DNA of 63,990 bases, the filler included, from Ferroacidibacillus organovorans (GTDB lineage: Bacteria > Bacillota > Bacilli > Alicyclobacillales > SLC66), in assembly GCF_001642725.1 (NCBI RefSeq). It is 5 parts of 5 records of this genome, joined end to end, with 100 filler letters (N's around TTAATTAATTAA, not from the genome) between each part and the next. Parts side by side here need not be neighbours in the genome. Positions count along the whole stretch, not along the records: positions 1 to 15,366 come from NZ_LSUQ01000062.1; 4 more parts are not named here. The stretch is one strand, 5' to 3'. Below the pieces are notes generated by a model. It had not been told where the DNA came from, made no database searches, and saw only the letters and a list, made by a program, of their open reading frames with translations. Below are positions 1 to 8,701 of this stretch, piece after piece (position 1 is the stretch's first letter; each line of letters begins with the position of its first letter). A program made the translations under genes and the position numbers.

Positions 1-1235
1 AAAATCCCTTCGTCCATTCTTGACGCAACACTGGGAACGCATCCGTAGTGAACTCCTTCGGGGAACCTATCAACCATCGCCCGTACGTCGAGTCGAAATC
101 CCGAAACCAGACGGTGGCGTGCGTTTGTTAGGTATTCCCACTGTGCTAGATCGCCTGATCCAGCAGGCTATTCAGCAAGTTCTCACACCTATCTTTGACC
201 CGGAATTCTCACCGTACAGTTATGGCTTTCGTCCGGGGTACAGCGCCCATGACGCGGTCAAACAAGCGCAGGGCTACATTGCGCAGGGATACCGCTGGGT
301 AGTCGACATGGACTTGGCACAGTTCTTTGACCGCGTGAACCACGACATGCTCATGGCGCGGGTCGCACGGAAGGTCGCGGATAAACACCTGCTCAAACTG
401 ATCCGAAAATATTTACAAGCAGGCGTCATGATTGGCGGAGTGTGTGTAGTATCAGAGGAAGGAACCCCGCAAGGAGGTCCCCTGAGTCCATTACTTTCGA
501 ACATCATGCTGGATGACTTGGACAAGGAGCTAATGCGCCGGGGACATCGATTTGCAAGGTACGCGGACGACAGTAACATTTATGTGCGGAGCCGTCGCGC
601 GGGAGAACGGGTGATGGAAAGTGTTACTGAATTTGTTGAAAAGCGACTAAAGCTCAAGGTGAACAGGGAGAAGAGCGCGGTAGATCGCCCGTGGAAAAGA
701 AAGTTCCTTGGCTTCTCATTCACGTGGCATCGCCAGCCTAAAATCCGGGTATCTCCGAAATCTCTCAAACGTTTCAAAGACAGAGTTCGAGATCTGACGA
801 AACGTAGTCGGGGTCAATCCATGGAGGCACGCGCTGCAAAGCTCAATGCGTATCTACGTGGGTGGAGTGGATATTACCGTCTGGCCGAAACGAGGAGTAT
901 ATTCGCGAATTTGGATGAATGGGTACGCCGGAGACTACGGATGTGCCTGTTGAAGCAATGGAAGAAGCCAAAAACGAAGCGAAGGAAACTCGTCGGACTT
1001 GGCATACCCGAGGATTGGGCCAGAATGATTAGTGGTTCCCGTAAGGGATACTGGCGGTTGGCCTTGACTCCTCAGATGAACAAAGTCCTTGGTCTTGCCT
1101 ACTGGCATGACCAAGGACTTGTGAGCTTGGTTGAACGATATGATGCACTTCGTTCCACAACATGAACCGCCGTATACCGAACGGTACGTACGGTGGTGTG
1201 GGAGGTCGGGAGCTAGCCGCTCCCTCCTACCCGAT
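1..1235 (+). mobile_element. Group II intron, class IIC (5' part outside window)
   Basis: RT/maturase ORF followed by domain V (GAACCGCCGTATACCGAACGGTACGTACGGTGGTGT, CGC triad) and domain VI ending CCTACCCGAT at 1235. Confidence 0.95.
20..1165 (+). CDS. ltrA: Group II intron reverse transcriptase/maturase (N-terminus outside window)
   Basis: IPKPDGGVRLLGIPTVLDR, GTPQGGPLSPLL and YADD motifs, domain X; no endonuclease domain; frame open to window edge. Confidence 0.97.
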   Translation: MTQHWERIRSELLRGTYQPSPVRRVEIPKPDGGVRLLGIPTVLDRLIQQAIQQVLTPIFDPEFSPYSYGFRPGYSAHDAVKQAQGYIAQGYRWVVDMDLAQFFDRVNHDMLMARVARKVADKHLLKLIRKYLQAGVMIGGVCVVSEEGTPQGGPLSPLLSNIMLDDLDKELMRRGHRFARYADDSNIYVRSRRAGERVMESVTEFVEKRLKLKVNREKSAVDRPWKRKFLGFSFTWHRQPKIRVSPKSLKRFKDRVRDLTKRSRGQSMEARAAKLNAYLRGWSGYYRLAETRSIFANLDEWVRRRLRMCLLKQWKKPKTKRRKLVGLGIPEDWARMISGSRKGYWRLALTPQMNKVLGLAYWHDQGLVSLVERYDALRSTT

Positions 1236-1571
1236 TTCTTCCCGCATAACAACACTACTCGAATGCATATCGGACACCAGGTTAAATAGGGTAGTAGAAT
1301 ACGAATGCAGAGTTCATTTTGAACCTGTCTGTTTCAAAAAGTGAACTTATACAGATGGTACAGATCGGAAATGAACTGATCATAGAAAATATACATTTTC
1401 ATGACATTTTCGTTGAAGTTATGAAGAATTCGGTCGTTTGGGTGAAAAATCATCATGTTTTCTTGCGGTTTATTCATAGAATAGATGAAAGTGTTACAGG
1501 TATGTGATATAGTTAGTTCGTCTGAAGAGAGGGAAGATGTTTATTTCCCAAGAAAGTGAGGGGAGTCATGG

Positions 1572-2105
1572 ATGAAACAGACAAGAAAACGGCGTCTGTT
1601 CATAGGGGTTGCAATGGCGGGTGCTTTCATGCTCGCAGGATGTGGTGTCGTCAATGGCAATGCTTCGTCGATTCTTTCATTCAATTCAAGTGCCAAGACA
1701 GTAACGTTGAATCTGGCTGGCGGATTGAATACGAATAACGACTCGATGAACCTCGACGGGTACTCCCAGGGGCAAATGACGGTCACTGTACCTGTAGGGT
1801 ACAAAGTAAAGGTCGAATTTGTGAATGACGGTGGTATCCCGATGGATCTCGCTGTATACACGATGAACGACCAACTCGCGTTCCCGGGTGCAGGAGACAG
1901 CGTTACGGCAATTCAAGGCAACGCATCAGCAGGTGTCATTCCTGGTCAGTCGACGAGTTTTACATTTACGGCGAGTCAGCCAGGGAATTATCAACTCGCC
2001 AACCTGTTGGATCGAGTAACAGGACACGGCCAGTTTGATTTCGGAATGTGGGCGCACTTTAATGTATCCTCTACAGCGACCCAACCGAGCATTACGCTTT
2101 CGTAA
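1572..2105 (+). CDS. Sulfocyanin-like cupredoxin-fold lipoprotein lacking canonical type-1 Cu ligands
   Basis: Lipobox LAGC; sulfocyanin-like motifs NLDGYSQGQMTVTVPVG, GVIPGQS, PGNY...GH...GMW; no Cys in the C-terminal loop. Confidence 0.75.
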   Translation: MKQTRKRRLFIGVAMAGAFMLAGCGVVNGNASSILSFNSSAKTVTLNLAGGLNTNNDSMNLDGYSQGQMTVTVPVGYKVKVEFVNDGGIPMDLAVYTMNDQLAFPGAGDSVTAIQGNASAGVIPGQSTSFTFTASQPGNYQLANLLDRVTGHGQFDFGMWAHFNVSSTATQPSITLS

Positions 2106-2160
2106 AAGAAGCTTGAGAAAGCGCTTTCGAATATAGGTTTAGCGATGGGAGGATTAGGGC

Positions 2161-2796
2161 GTGGCAAACGAGGAACCGCAAGAAAAGAAAAAGGTCGAAG
2201 TGGACTGGAGTCGCCGCCAATTTTTGATTGGCACGGGAGCACTCACGGTGGTTGGACTCGGCGCGATGTTTTTGAATGAACCTGTCGCGGCAGCCGTTCG
2301 CTCCGTTTTTGGCCAGCAACCGGAGTCAGGGCCGATCACGGTATTACAGGGCGATTATTTTTACATTCCAAACTACATGACCTGGCGCGTAGGCGATCAG
2401 ATTAGTATGACCATTCATAACACGAGTACGACACACTTCCATGAAATGCAGATTGGACGCGGCTTCAATACGATGCCCACCGCGCTGCAGACCATTCGCA
2501 CGCAGTTTGCGGAAGACTTTTGGAAGGGTGTGCCCGTCACGATTACGGCGGCGCAAGGAATTGATAACTTTGTAACGAATGAGGCGAAAATCTCCTCGGA
2601 CGTACACCCCACGCCTTGGCTATTAACCCAGCCTGGCAATGGTGGCTTTAGCCCAACGATGAAACCGGGTGGACAGATCACACTTAGCTTCACAGTTCCC
2701 AATAAACCTGGTATCTGGCACTACGCGTGTTTTGTCCAAGGGTACATGCACTGGCTTGCAGGAATGCGCGGTACGATTAATATTTTACCGGCCTGA
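2161..2796 (+). CDS. Tat-exported cupredoxin, AcoP/Cup-like
   Basis: SRRQFL twin-arginine signal; His in HEMQIG; C-terminal VPNKPGIWHYACFVQGYMHWLAGMRGTINILPA (Cys-His-Met type-1 Cu site) resembles A. ferrooxidans AcoP as recalled. Confidence 0.85.
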   Translation: MANEEPQEKKKVEVDWSRRQFLIGTGALTVVGLGAMFLNEPVAAAVRSVFGQQPESGPITVLQGDYFYIPNYMTWRVGDQISMTIHNTSTTHFHEMQIGRGFNTMPTALQTIRTQFAEDFWKGVPVTITAAQGIDNFVTNEAKISSDVHPTPWLLTQPGNGGFSPTMKPGGQITLSFTVPNKPGIWHYACFVQGYMHWLAGMRGTINILPA

Positions 2797-2851
2797 TTTT
2801 GTGAATTAGCTTTAATTCTAGCAATCACGGAGTGGAAGGAGGAACACCTGA

Positions 2852-3655
2852 ATGTCAGACGTTGTCCTGTTTGGTATTTTGTGGGTTATTCTCACGATTT
2901 TGGGCGAAATCGGCGTCAGCTTGTGGGGTCATAACATGTACTACTATATGGCTTCCACACAGGCTATCGAGGGCAATCATGCTGCTATCTTTCTAATGAT
3001 TTTCTTGACGCCGATCTTCATGTTTGTTGTTCTCATGCTCTTCTTTGTTCCTTTTCGGTTTCGGGCTAAAGATGGTGACCGCAAAGTTAAAGCGGCGACA
3101 TTCAAGACGAATCGTACCTTTATCTCGATCTGGGTTACCGTATCGGTTTGTGTGAACGTGCTATTTTTTATCCATCCGACCGCATCGGCAGCCGAAATGA
3201 TGTTCCAAGAAGCAAACCCTGCAAACCAGCAAAACACGTTGATCGTCGACGTTGTGGCGCGCCAGTGGCAGTGGTATTTCAGCTACCCGCAGTACGGTGT
3301 CACCAACACGGTGAATGCAAACGGTTTTAACGATCTCTATCTTCCGGTTGGTCGTAAAGTGGAGTTTGTACTTCGCTCCTATGATCCTAACCATACGTAT
3401 GATCCGAACCTTGACGTGGTTCACGATCTGTGGATCCCTGCGTTCGGGATTAAAGAGGACGTCATTCCTGGCGAAACGCGTTTCATGTATGTGACGCCAA
3501 ACGTGATTACTTCTTTTGAAAAGAACCCGATGGTTCGCGTGCAGTGTGCAGAGGTTTGCGGTCCAGGCCATCCCTACATGTGGGCTCCTGTACATGTCGT
3601 CTCCTCATCGAACTTTGCGACGTGGATCGCACAACAGAAAAAACAAAATGGTTAA
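2852..3655 (+). CDS. coxB: Heme-copper oxidase subunit II (CuA)
   Basis: RQWQWYFSYP, DVVHDLWIP and CAEVCGPGHPYM CuA motifs; about 3 N-terminal TM segments; no fused cytochrome c. Confidence 0.95.
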   Translation: MSDVVLFGILWVILTILGEIGVSLWGHNMYYYMASTQAIEGNHAAIFLMIFLTPIFMFVVLMLFFVPFRFRAKDGDRKVKAATFKTNRTFISIWVTVSVCVNVLFFIHPTASAAEMMFQEANPANQQNTLIVDVVARQWQWYFSYPQYGVTNTVNANGFNDLYLPVGRKVEFVLRSYDPNHTYDPNLDVVHDLWIPAFGIKEDVIPGETRFMYVTPNVITSFEKNPMVRVQCAEVCGPGHPYMWAPVHVVSSSNFATWIAQQKKQNG

Positions 3656-3681
3656 GTTGACCTAAGAAGGGGGTTTGAGGA

Positions 3682-5568
3682 ATGAGCACACTCGAACTGA
3701 GACCTGACATTTCGCCAGTGCCACAGGTCGTGAAATCGAAGCGAATGCCGCCTGTCATTCGCGGCATCTTGTGGTCGGCAATCGGATTTTTAGTCATTAA
3801 CACACTGATCAGCTACGTCTTAGATCCGCGGTATGGACACCCGTTCATTACTCAAGTCTCTATTACGTTCGGCTGGTTTGCAGCGATGGTCGGCTGGGTG
3901 CTGGGTGTTGGTGCGTGGGAAGGCGCTGTTCTTCCAGCCTTTGGTCATCACGGCACACTCTACACAGCTCCCGGCTGGAAACGATTTTTTGAATATAGCA
4001 CGGAGCATAAAGTGATCGGTCTGCAGTACATCGGTTCGTCGGCAGGTGGGTTCTTTATCGCAGGGTTAGCCGCCATGTTGATGCGCCTTGAACTGATGAA
4101 TAACAGCATGTGGCTCTTTAACTATCCACAACAGTACCTGACAACCGTTGGCATTCACGGAACGATCATGATGTTTTCCGTCGGTACGGTTGCTCTTGTC
4201 GGGGGCCTTGGAAACTACTTGGTTCCGCTGATGATCGGATCGAATACGAGCGCATTCCCGCGTATGTCAGGGATCAGCGTGTTGCTTGTACCGTTTGGCA
4301 TTGTGACGGTCGCGCTTAGTCCACTGCTCGGCTATTGGTCGACGGGCTGGCGTGGATACGAGCCGCTCGCGTCGCAAGATCCGTCAGGGATTCTCTTTTA
4401 CTACCTCGGAGTTTTTGCCTTGACGCTATCCTCACTGCTCGTGTCGATCAACTTGACTGCGACAGTGATCTTCAAACGGGCGCCTGGTATGACGTGGGGT
4501 CGCTTGCCGATGTTTGCTTGGGGGATCACCACGGTTAGCCTTTTGAACATCATCTGGCTGCCAGAGATTCAATTGACGTTCGTCATGAGTCTTGTCAATC
4601 GACTTGTGCCGCTTCCGCTCTTCACGGCGACAGGGAGTCCTTTGACCTATATGGAACTCTTCTGGCTGTTTGGACATCCAGAAGTGTATATCGTCGTCGT
4701 TCCGGCGCTCGCGCTGTGGCAGGAAATTATTCCTGTCATGACAAGGAAACCGCTGTTTGCTAGACAGTGGGGCGTTATTGGTCTGATTTTCGTTATGATG
4801 TTGAGCGGTTTCGTTTGGGCTCACCACATGTTTACGAACATGCGTAACGTTGAAATGATGCCGTTCTCCTTCTTCACAGAGATGATTTCGATTCCGACTG
4901 GGTTTGCGTATCTGGTGGCTCTCGGAACGCTCTGGCGAGGCCGTTTGAAGTTCAATACGGTTAGCTTGCTCGTCCTCATGAGTATGTTTAACTTCTTGAT
5001 TGGCGGAATGACGGGCGTGTTCCTTGCCGACCCGATCATCAACCTGCAGGCGCATGACACATTCTTCGTCGTCGGTCACTTCCACTATACGATCATCGGC
5101 GGTATGGTGTTCTCGTGGCTCGCCGCAATGTATTACTGGCTTCCGAAAATGTCCGGGCGTATGTACAATGAGCGATTGGGTAAGATTGGTGCGATTTGGA
5201 TCTTCCTTGCGTTCAACCTGACGTTCTCACAGTTTTTCCTACTCGGATTACACGGTATGAACCGCTGGGTTTCCGTTTACCCTTCGTACCTCCAGCCAAT
5301 GAACTTTGAGACGTCAATCTTTGCCTTCCTGCTCGGTCTCGGTTTCCTGTTTCATCTGGTGCACATTTGGTGGGCATGGCGCGCAGGCCAAAAAGCGGAA
5401 GGCAACCCTTGGGAATCAAAATCTGTGGAGTGGATTACAGCGTCTCCTCCGGCAGAAGAAAGCTTTCCTGTTATTCCGCGCATCGTGAGTAGCACCTACA
5501 CGTATGACAACGATGAGCCTGCGGTAATTATTCCTTCAGACGGGAAACGGGTCGCGACGACATCGTAA
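3682..5568 (+). CDS. coxA: Heme-copper oxidase subunit I (Acidithiobacillus CoxA-like)
   Basis: IHG, GHPEVY, WAHH and GHFH ligand motifs; extra N-terminal helices. Confidence 0.97.
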   Translation: MSTLELRPDISPVPQVVKSKRMPPVIRGILWSAIGFLVINTLISYVLDPRYGHPFITQVSITFGWFAAMVGWVLGVGAWEGAVLPAFGHHGTLYTAPGWKRFFEYSTEHKVIGLQYIGSSAGGFFIAGLAAMLMRLELMNNSMWLFNYPQQYLTTVGIHGTIMMFSVGTVALVGGLGNYLVPLMIGSNTSAFPRMSGISVLLVPFGIVTVALSPLLGYWSTGWRGYEPLASQDPSGILFYYLGVFALTLSSLLVSINLTATVIFKRAPGMTWGRLPMFAWGITTVSLLNIIWLPEIQLTFVMSLVNRLVPLPLFTATGSPLTYMELFWLFGHPEVYIVVVPALALWQEIIPVMTRKPLFARQWGVIGLIFVMMLSGFVWAHHMFTNMRNVEMMPFSFFTEMISIPTGFAYLVALGTLWRGRLKFNTVSLLVLMSMFNFLIGGMTGVFLADPIINLQAHDTFFVVGHFHYTIIGGMVFSWLAAMYYWLPKMSGRMYNERLGKIGAIWIFLAFNLTFSQFFLLGLHGMNRWVSVYPSYLQPMNFETSIFAFLLGLGFLFHLVHIWWAWRAGQKAEGNPWESKSVEWITASPPAEESFPVIPRIVSSTYTYDNDEPAVIIPSDGKRVATTS

Positions 5569-5581
5569 AGGAGGGGTCATT

Positions 5582-6151
5582 TTGTCAAGCCACGTTAAAT
5601 CCTCACGCACGCTTAACGCGGAGGAGCGTATGGCATTAAACACATCGCGGGGCGGTTTTACGATTCTGATCGCGAGTCAGATCGTGCCATTTGTGATGTT
5701 GGTTAACCTGCGCTACATTCTTTCGGGATCCTATGTATCGTCAGGCCTTGATCAGGCGACAGGCGCTGTGTTTACCATCCTTTTCATCATCAGTGCGATC
5801 ACTGCATATGCGGGCATTCAGGCGACCAATCGCTCTGACAGCAAGGCGTCTGCTCGCATGAGTGTTCTCACGATGGTACTGGGCTGGATCGCCGTCATTA
5901 TGATGAGCTATCAATTCTGGATGCACGCGTTTCAGACAGATGGCCGTTTTGGTGAAGGTTACCTTGTTACGATCGGTGCCTTTGTAATCTACTTTATTGC
6001 GTCGCTCGTAGGACTTCTTTCGGGAAAGATGAGAGCGAGCCGCGTCGGCATTGATGACAGTAACCGCTTCAGCATTGGCGCCAGCTTCAAGTTTTGGATT
6101 TTCTTGCAACTGATGTGGGTCGTACTCTACGTGGTTTACTACTTTATTTAA
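5582..6151 (+). CDS. coxC: Heme-copper oxidase subunit III (short form)
   Basis: 5 TM helices; C-terminal FWIFLQLMWVVLYVVYY like the subunit III end; follows subunit I. Confidence 0.85.
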   Translation: MSSHVKSSRTLNAEERMALNTSRGGFTILIASQIVPFVMLVNLRYILSGSYVSSGLDQATGAVFTILFIISAITAYAGIQATNRSDSKASARMSVLTMVLGWIAVIMMSYQFWMHAFQTDGRFGEGYLVTIGAFVIYFIASLVGLLSGKMRASRVGIDDSNRFSIGASFKFWIFLQLMWVVLYVVYYFI

Positions 6152-6163
6152 GGAGGGATTGGC

Positions 6164-6364
6164 GTGGGCGGATTTTTTCCTTCTTTTCCTTTCTATGTCC
6201 CTGACAGTCCGGGAACACCCCTTTGGTGGGATATCTCGTTCTGGCTGTTCCAGTTAGTCGTCATGTCGGCTCTTTTGCTCACGCTTCGCCGTTGGGCGAT
6301 TCGTGCAGATCTCGATCGCGAAGAGGCTTACCAAGAGAGTCTTCGCACCCCTGAGAAATCCTGA
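6164..6364 (+). CDS. Small single-TM protein, putative oxidase subunit IV (CoxD-like)
   Basis: 66 aa, strong RBS AAGGAGG, one TM helix, last gene before the terminator. Confidence 0.6.
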   Translation: MGGFFPSFPFYVPDSPGTPLWWDISFWLFQLVVMSALLLTLRRWAIRADLDREEAYQESLRTPEKS

Positions 6365-6375
6365 GTAGTGAAAAT

Positions 6376-6406
6376 GCCCTCTTGCGTCTCGCAGGAGGGC
6401 TCTTTT
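6376..6406 (+). terminator. Intrinsic terminator of cupredoxin-cox operon
   Basis: GCCCTCTTGCG-tct-CGCAGGAGGGC hairpin followed by TCTTTT. Confidence 0.75.
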
Positions 6407-6469
6407 CCTCGTAACTGTCTTCGGATCCTCTTGCATTGACGCAATAAACGAAGAAAGGAGCGCTGCCGA

Positions 6470-7651
6470 ATGGACATGCACGATTTAAACAATACGCAAA
6501 TTTTATCCGTCTATTATTCAAGTTTGATGATTGTGGTATGGATCCTGTTTTTTACGATCTTTACCGTTTCATTCATGACATTCATTTTTAAGTGGGTTGG
6601 GCAACAAGCAGATGAAATGGATCTAAAGCAAAACCCCACAGTTTTAAAAGGGGGCAGACGTGTTCCGCTGCGGCTGATTCCTGGCGGTGGAAATAAGGTA
6701 TTCCAAGCGCGTCACCGTCTGCAAGTGGGTTGGTACATTCTCTGGTATGGACTCGGCGCGATCTGGTTGCTCGACGGTCTGCTTCAAGCGCAGCCCGATA
6801 TGGCGCTCCCGCTTTTTGTGAAACTCGTTTTTCAACCACTCGCGAATGCGCAACCGAGTTGGCTCAAGGCTGTCATGGATCTGGGGATTTATCTCTGGAA
6901 TCAAAATACCGTCACAAGCAATATTGGTGCCGTTCTCATTCAGGTTGGAATTGGAGTTGCTATGCTTACGGGACGCAGTCGTCTCTGGGGCAAGATCGCT
7001 GTTTACGTGTCTCTTCTCTGGTCACTTTCGATCTGGGTCTTCGGTGAAGGAATGGGGAACCTCTTTTCGCACCCCAGTTATTTTAATGGTACACCAGGCG
7101 CTGCACTCATCTATTCCGTGCTATCCTTGTTTCTTATTCTTCCGAAGAAATACTGGTTGGAGGGTCACATTGCACGCTGGTCGTTGCGGGGTTTAAGTAT
7201 CATGTGGATCGTGCTTGCGCTTGCTGAGCTTCTCCCGAAAAATGGCTACTATAGTCCGAACGGACTTTTTTCAATCATCGCCACGCTCTCGAATATGCCG
7301 CAACCGCAATTTATTTCTTCATCCCTGGAATCCATTGCGTCTGCTATTTTTAGGGCGCCAATCGTTTGGAATGTCGGTTTCTCGATGATTATGTTAATGC
7401 TTGGCGTCATGGGATTGTTCGTGCGATCACGCAAAGTGTTTTTAACGCTCACGATGGCATGGTTGGCATTCTCTTGGTGGGCTGGCCAAGACTTTGGCTT
7501 CTTTGGCGGCATGGGTACTGATTTGAATATGTCCCCGCTGCTTGCGCTGATGTATGTTGCGTGTTGGTGGTATGGAGAGGCCAGCGGTGATGGACATTTG
7601 CTCGTACGCTCTGTGAATAATAATGAATCTCTGCGCGCGAACCGCGGATGA
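6470..7651 (+). CDS. Polytopic membrane protein with two DoxX/DoxD-like repeats
   Basis: Repeated units GLGAIWLLDGLLQAQP...QP..W...IWVFGEGMG and GLSIMWIVLALAELLP...QP..F...WWAGQDFG. Confidence 0.55.
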   Translation: MDMHDLNNTQILSVYYSSLMIVVWILFFTIFTVSFMTFIFKWVGQQADEMDLKQNPTVLKGGRRVPLRLIPGGGNKVFQARHRLQVGWYILWYGLGAIWLLDGLLQAQPDMALPLFVKLVFQPLANAQPSWLKAVMDLGIYLWNQNTVTSNIGAVLIQVGIGVAMLTGRSRLWGKIAVYVSLLWSLSIWVFGEGMGNLFSHPSYFNGTPGAALIYSVLSLFLILPKKYWLEGHIARWSLRGLSIMWIVLALAELLPKNGYYSPNGLFSIIATLSNMPQPQFISSSLESIASAIFRAPIVWNVGFSMIMLMLGVMGLFVRSRKVFLTLTMAWLAFSWWAGQDFGFFGGMGTDLNMSPLLALMYVACWWYGEASGDGHLLVRSVNNNESLRANRG

Positions 7652-7727
7652 CATTGCGAAGCGCAACGTTACCCAGTATGATCAGGTAGAGTTGTGTGGA
7701 CAAGTGAGCAGAGTGAGGGTGACAAAG

Positions 7728-8195
7728 TTGGCAGCGTATTGGGCATTATTCAATGAAATGCTGATGATTATCAGTGCAGTGATTGCTTTGTTTGGATGGC
7801 GTCAAATTCGTAGGAAGAATCGCGAGGTTCATCGCAAATTGATGATGACATCCTCTCTTTTCGGGGCAGGCTTTTTTATCAGTTACGCAGTGGCGACATT
7901 GGCGATTGGGGATACATCCTTCGGCGGTCCACAATCACTTTCTGTCCCGTACCAGATTTTTCTGCAGATTCACGTCATGCTGGCGACGATTGCTGCTGTC
8001 ATGGGTGTGGTTACGATTGTTCTCGCTTTGCGCAGTCGTTTTTCCACGCATCGACGCATTGGTCCGTGGACGGTTATTTTCTGGTTGGTGTCTGCCGCCA
8101 CCGGTTTAGTTGTTTATCTGATGCTGTTTGTGATCTTTCCTCCTGGGCCTACTATTAAAAACTTACTGCATGTGCTTGTCTCGTCAAAATCGTAG
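7728..8195 (+). CDS. DUF420 family (CtaM/YozB-like) oxidase assembly protein
   Basis: GWRQIRRKNREVHRKLM, HVMLA, HRRIGPWT motifs; TTG start after GAGG RBS. Confidence 0.8.
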   Translation: MAAYWALFNEMLMIISAVIALFGWRQIRRKNREVHRKLMMTSSLFGAGFFISYAVATLAIGDTSFGGPQSLSVPYQIFLQIHVMLATIAAVMGVVTIVLALRSRFSTHRRIGPWTVIFWLVSAATGLVVYLMLFVIFPPGPTIKNLLHVLVSSKS

Positions 8196-8206
8196 GGGGC
8201 TTTCTT

Positions 8207-8554
8207 GTGAAATGGGCAACATTTGCGTTTGGTATCGTTAGTGTGCTGCTTACAGTCATGACGGGTCTCATTGTTCAGGGTTCGTTTCTCGTTCATGTCG
8301 CATCGTCGGGAACGACACATGAGAAGTTGGCGGTGATCGTTTATGGTGCGGCGGCCATGGCGCTACTCGGTTCGATTATGGCGCTTTTTCGGCCGCGCTT
8401 TGCCGCGTGGTGTTTTGTGATCGCATCGGTTGTCGGTGTATTTGGCGCGTTTGACCTGTGGATGTTTCCGGGTTCGGTGCTGTTTGTCTCGATGATCATG
8501 GCGTTTGTGCAACGCACGGAGCAGACGACGGCGGGTGCAGACAAAAAGGCTTAG
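8207..8554 (+). CDS. Hypothetical membrane protein
   Basis: 115 aa, about 4 hydrophobic segments, co-directional and closely spaced. Confidence 0.6.
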   Translation: MKWATFAFGIVSVLLTVMTGLIVQGSFLVHVASSGTTHEKLAVIVYGAAAMALLGSIMALFRPRFAAWCFVIASVVGVFGAFDLWMFPGSVLFVSMIMAFVQRTEQTTAGADKKA

Positions 8555-8573
8555 TGAGTGCCGAGTGACGTGT

Positions 8574-8603
8574 ACGGGAGCGAACCTTCGCTTCCGTTTT
8601 TTT
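8574..8603 (+). terminator. Intrinsic terminator
   Basis: ACGGGAGCGAA-cc-TTCGCTTCCGT hairpin plus T run. Confidence 0.8.
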
Positions 8604-8701
8604 GTGTGTGAATCTTAATCTACGGCCTAGTTGAACGTCCATATTTATGCGAAGGAGTCATGATATGATCATAAGGTAGTGGTGGTACTACTGCGAGAGG
8701 T

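Noticed and set aside
20..1165. Reverse transcriptase as a possible retron, DGR or defence RT
   Set aside because: It has domain X and is directly followed by canonical group II intron domains V and VI.
1162..1507. Short ORFs 1162-1344 and 1319-1507
   Set aside because: The first overlaps intron RNA domains; the second lacks an RBS and lies in the AT-rich promoter region of the oxidase operon.
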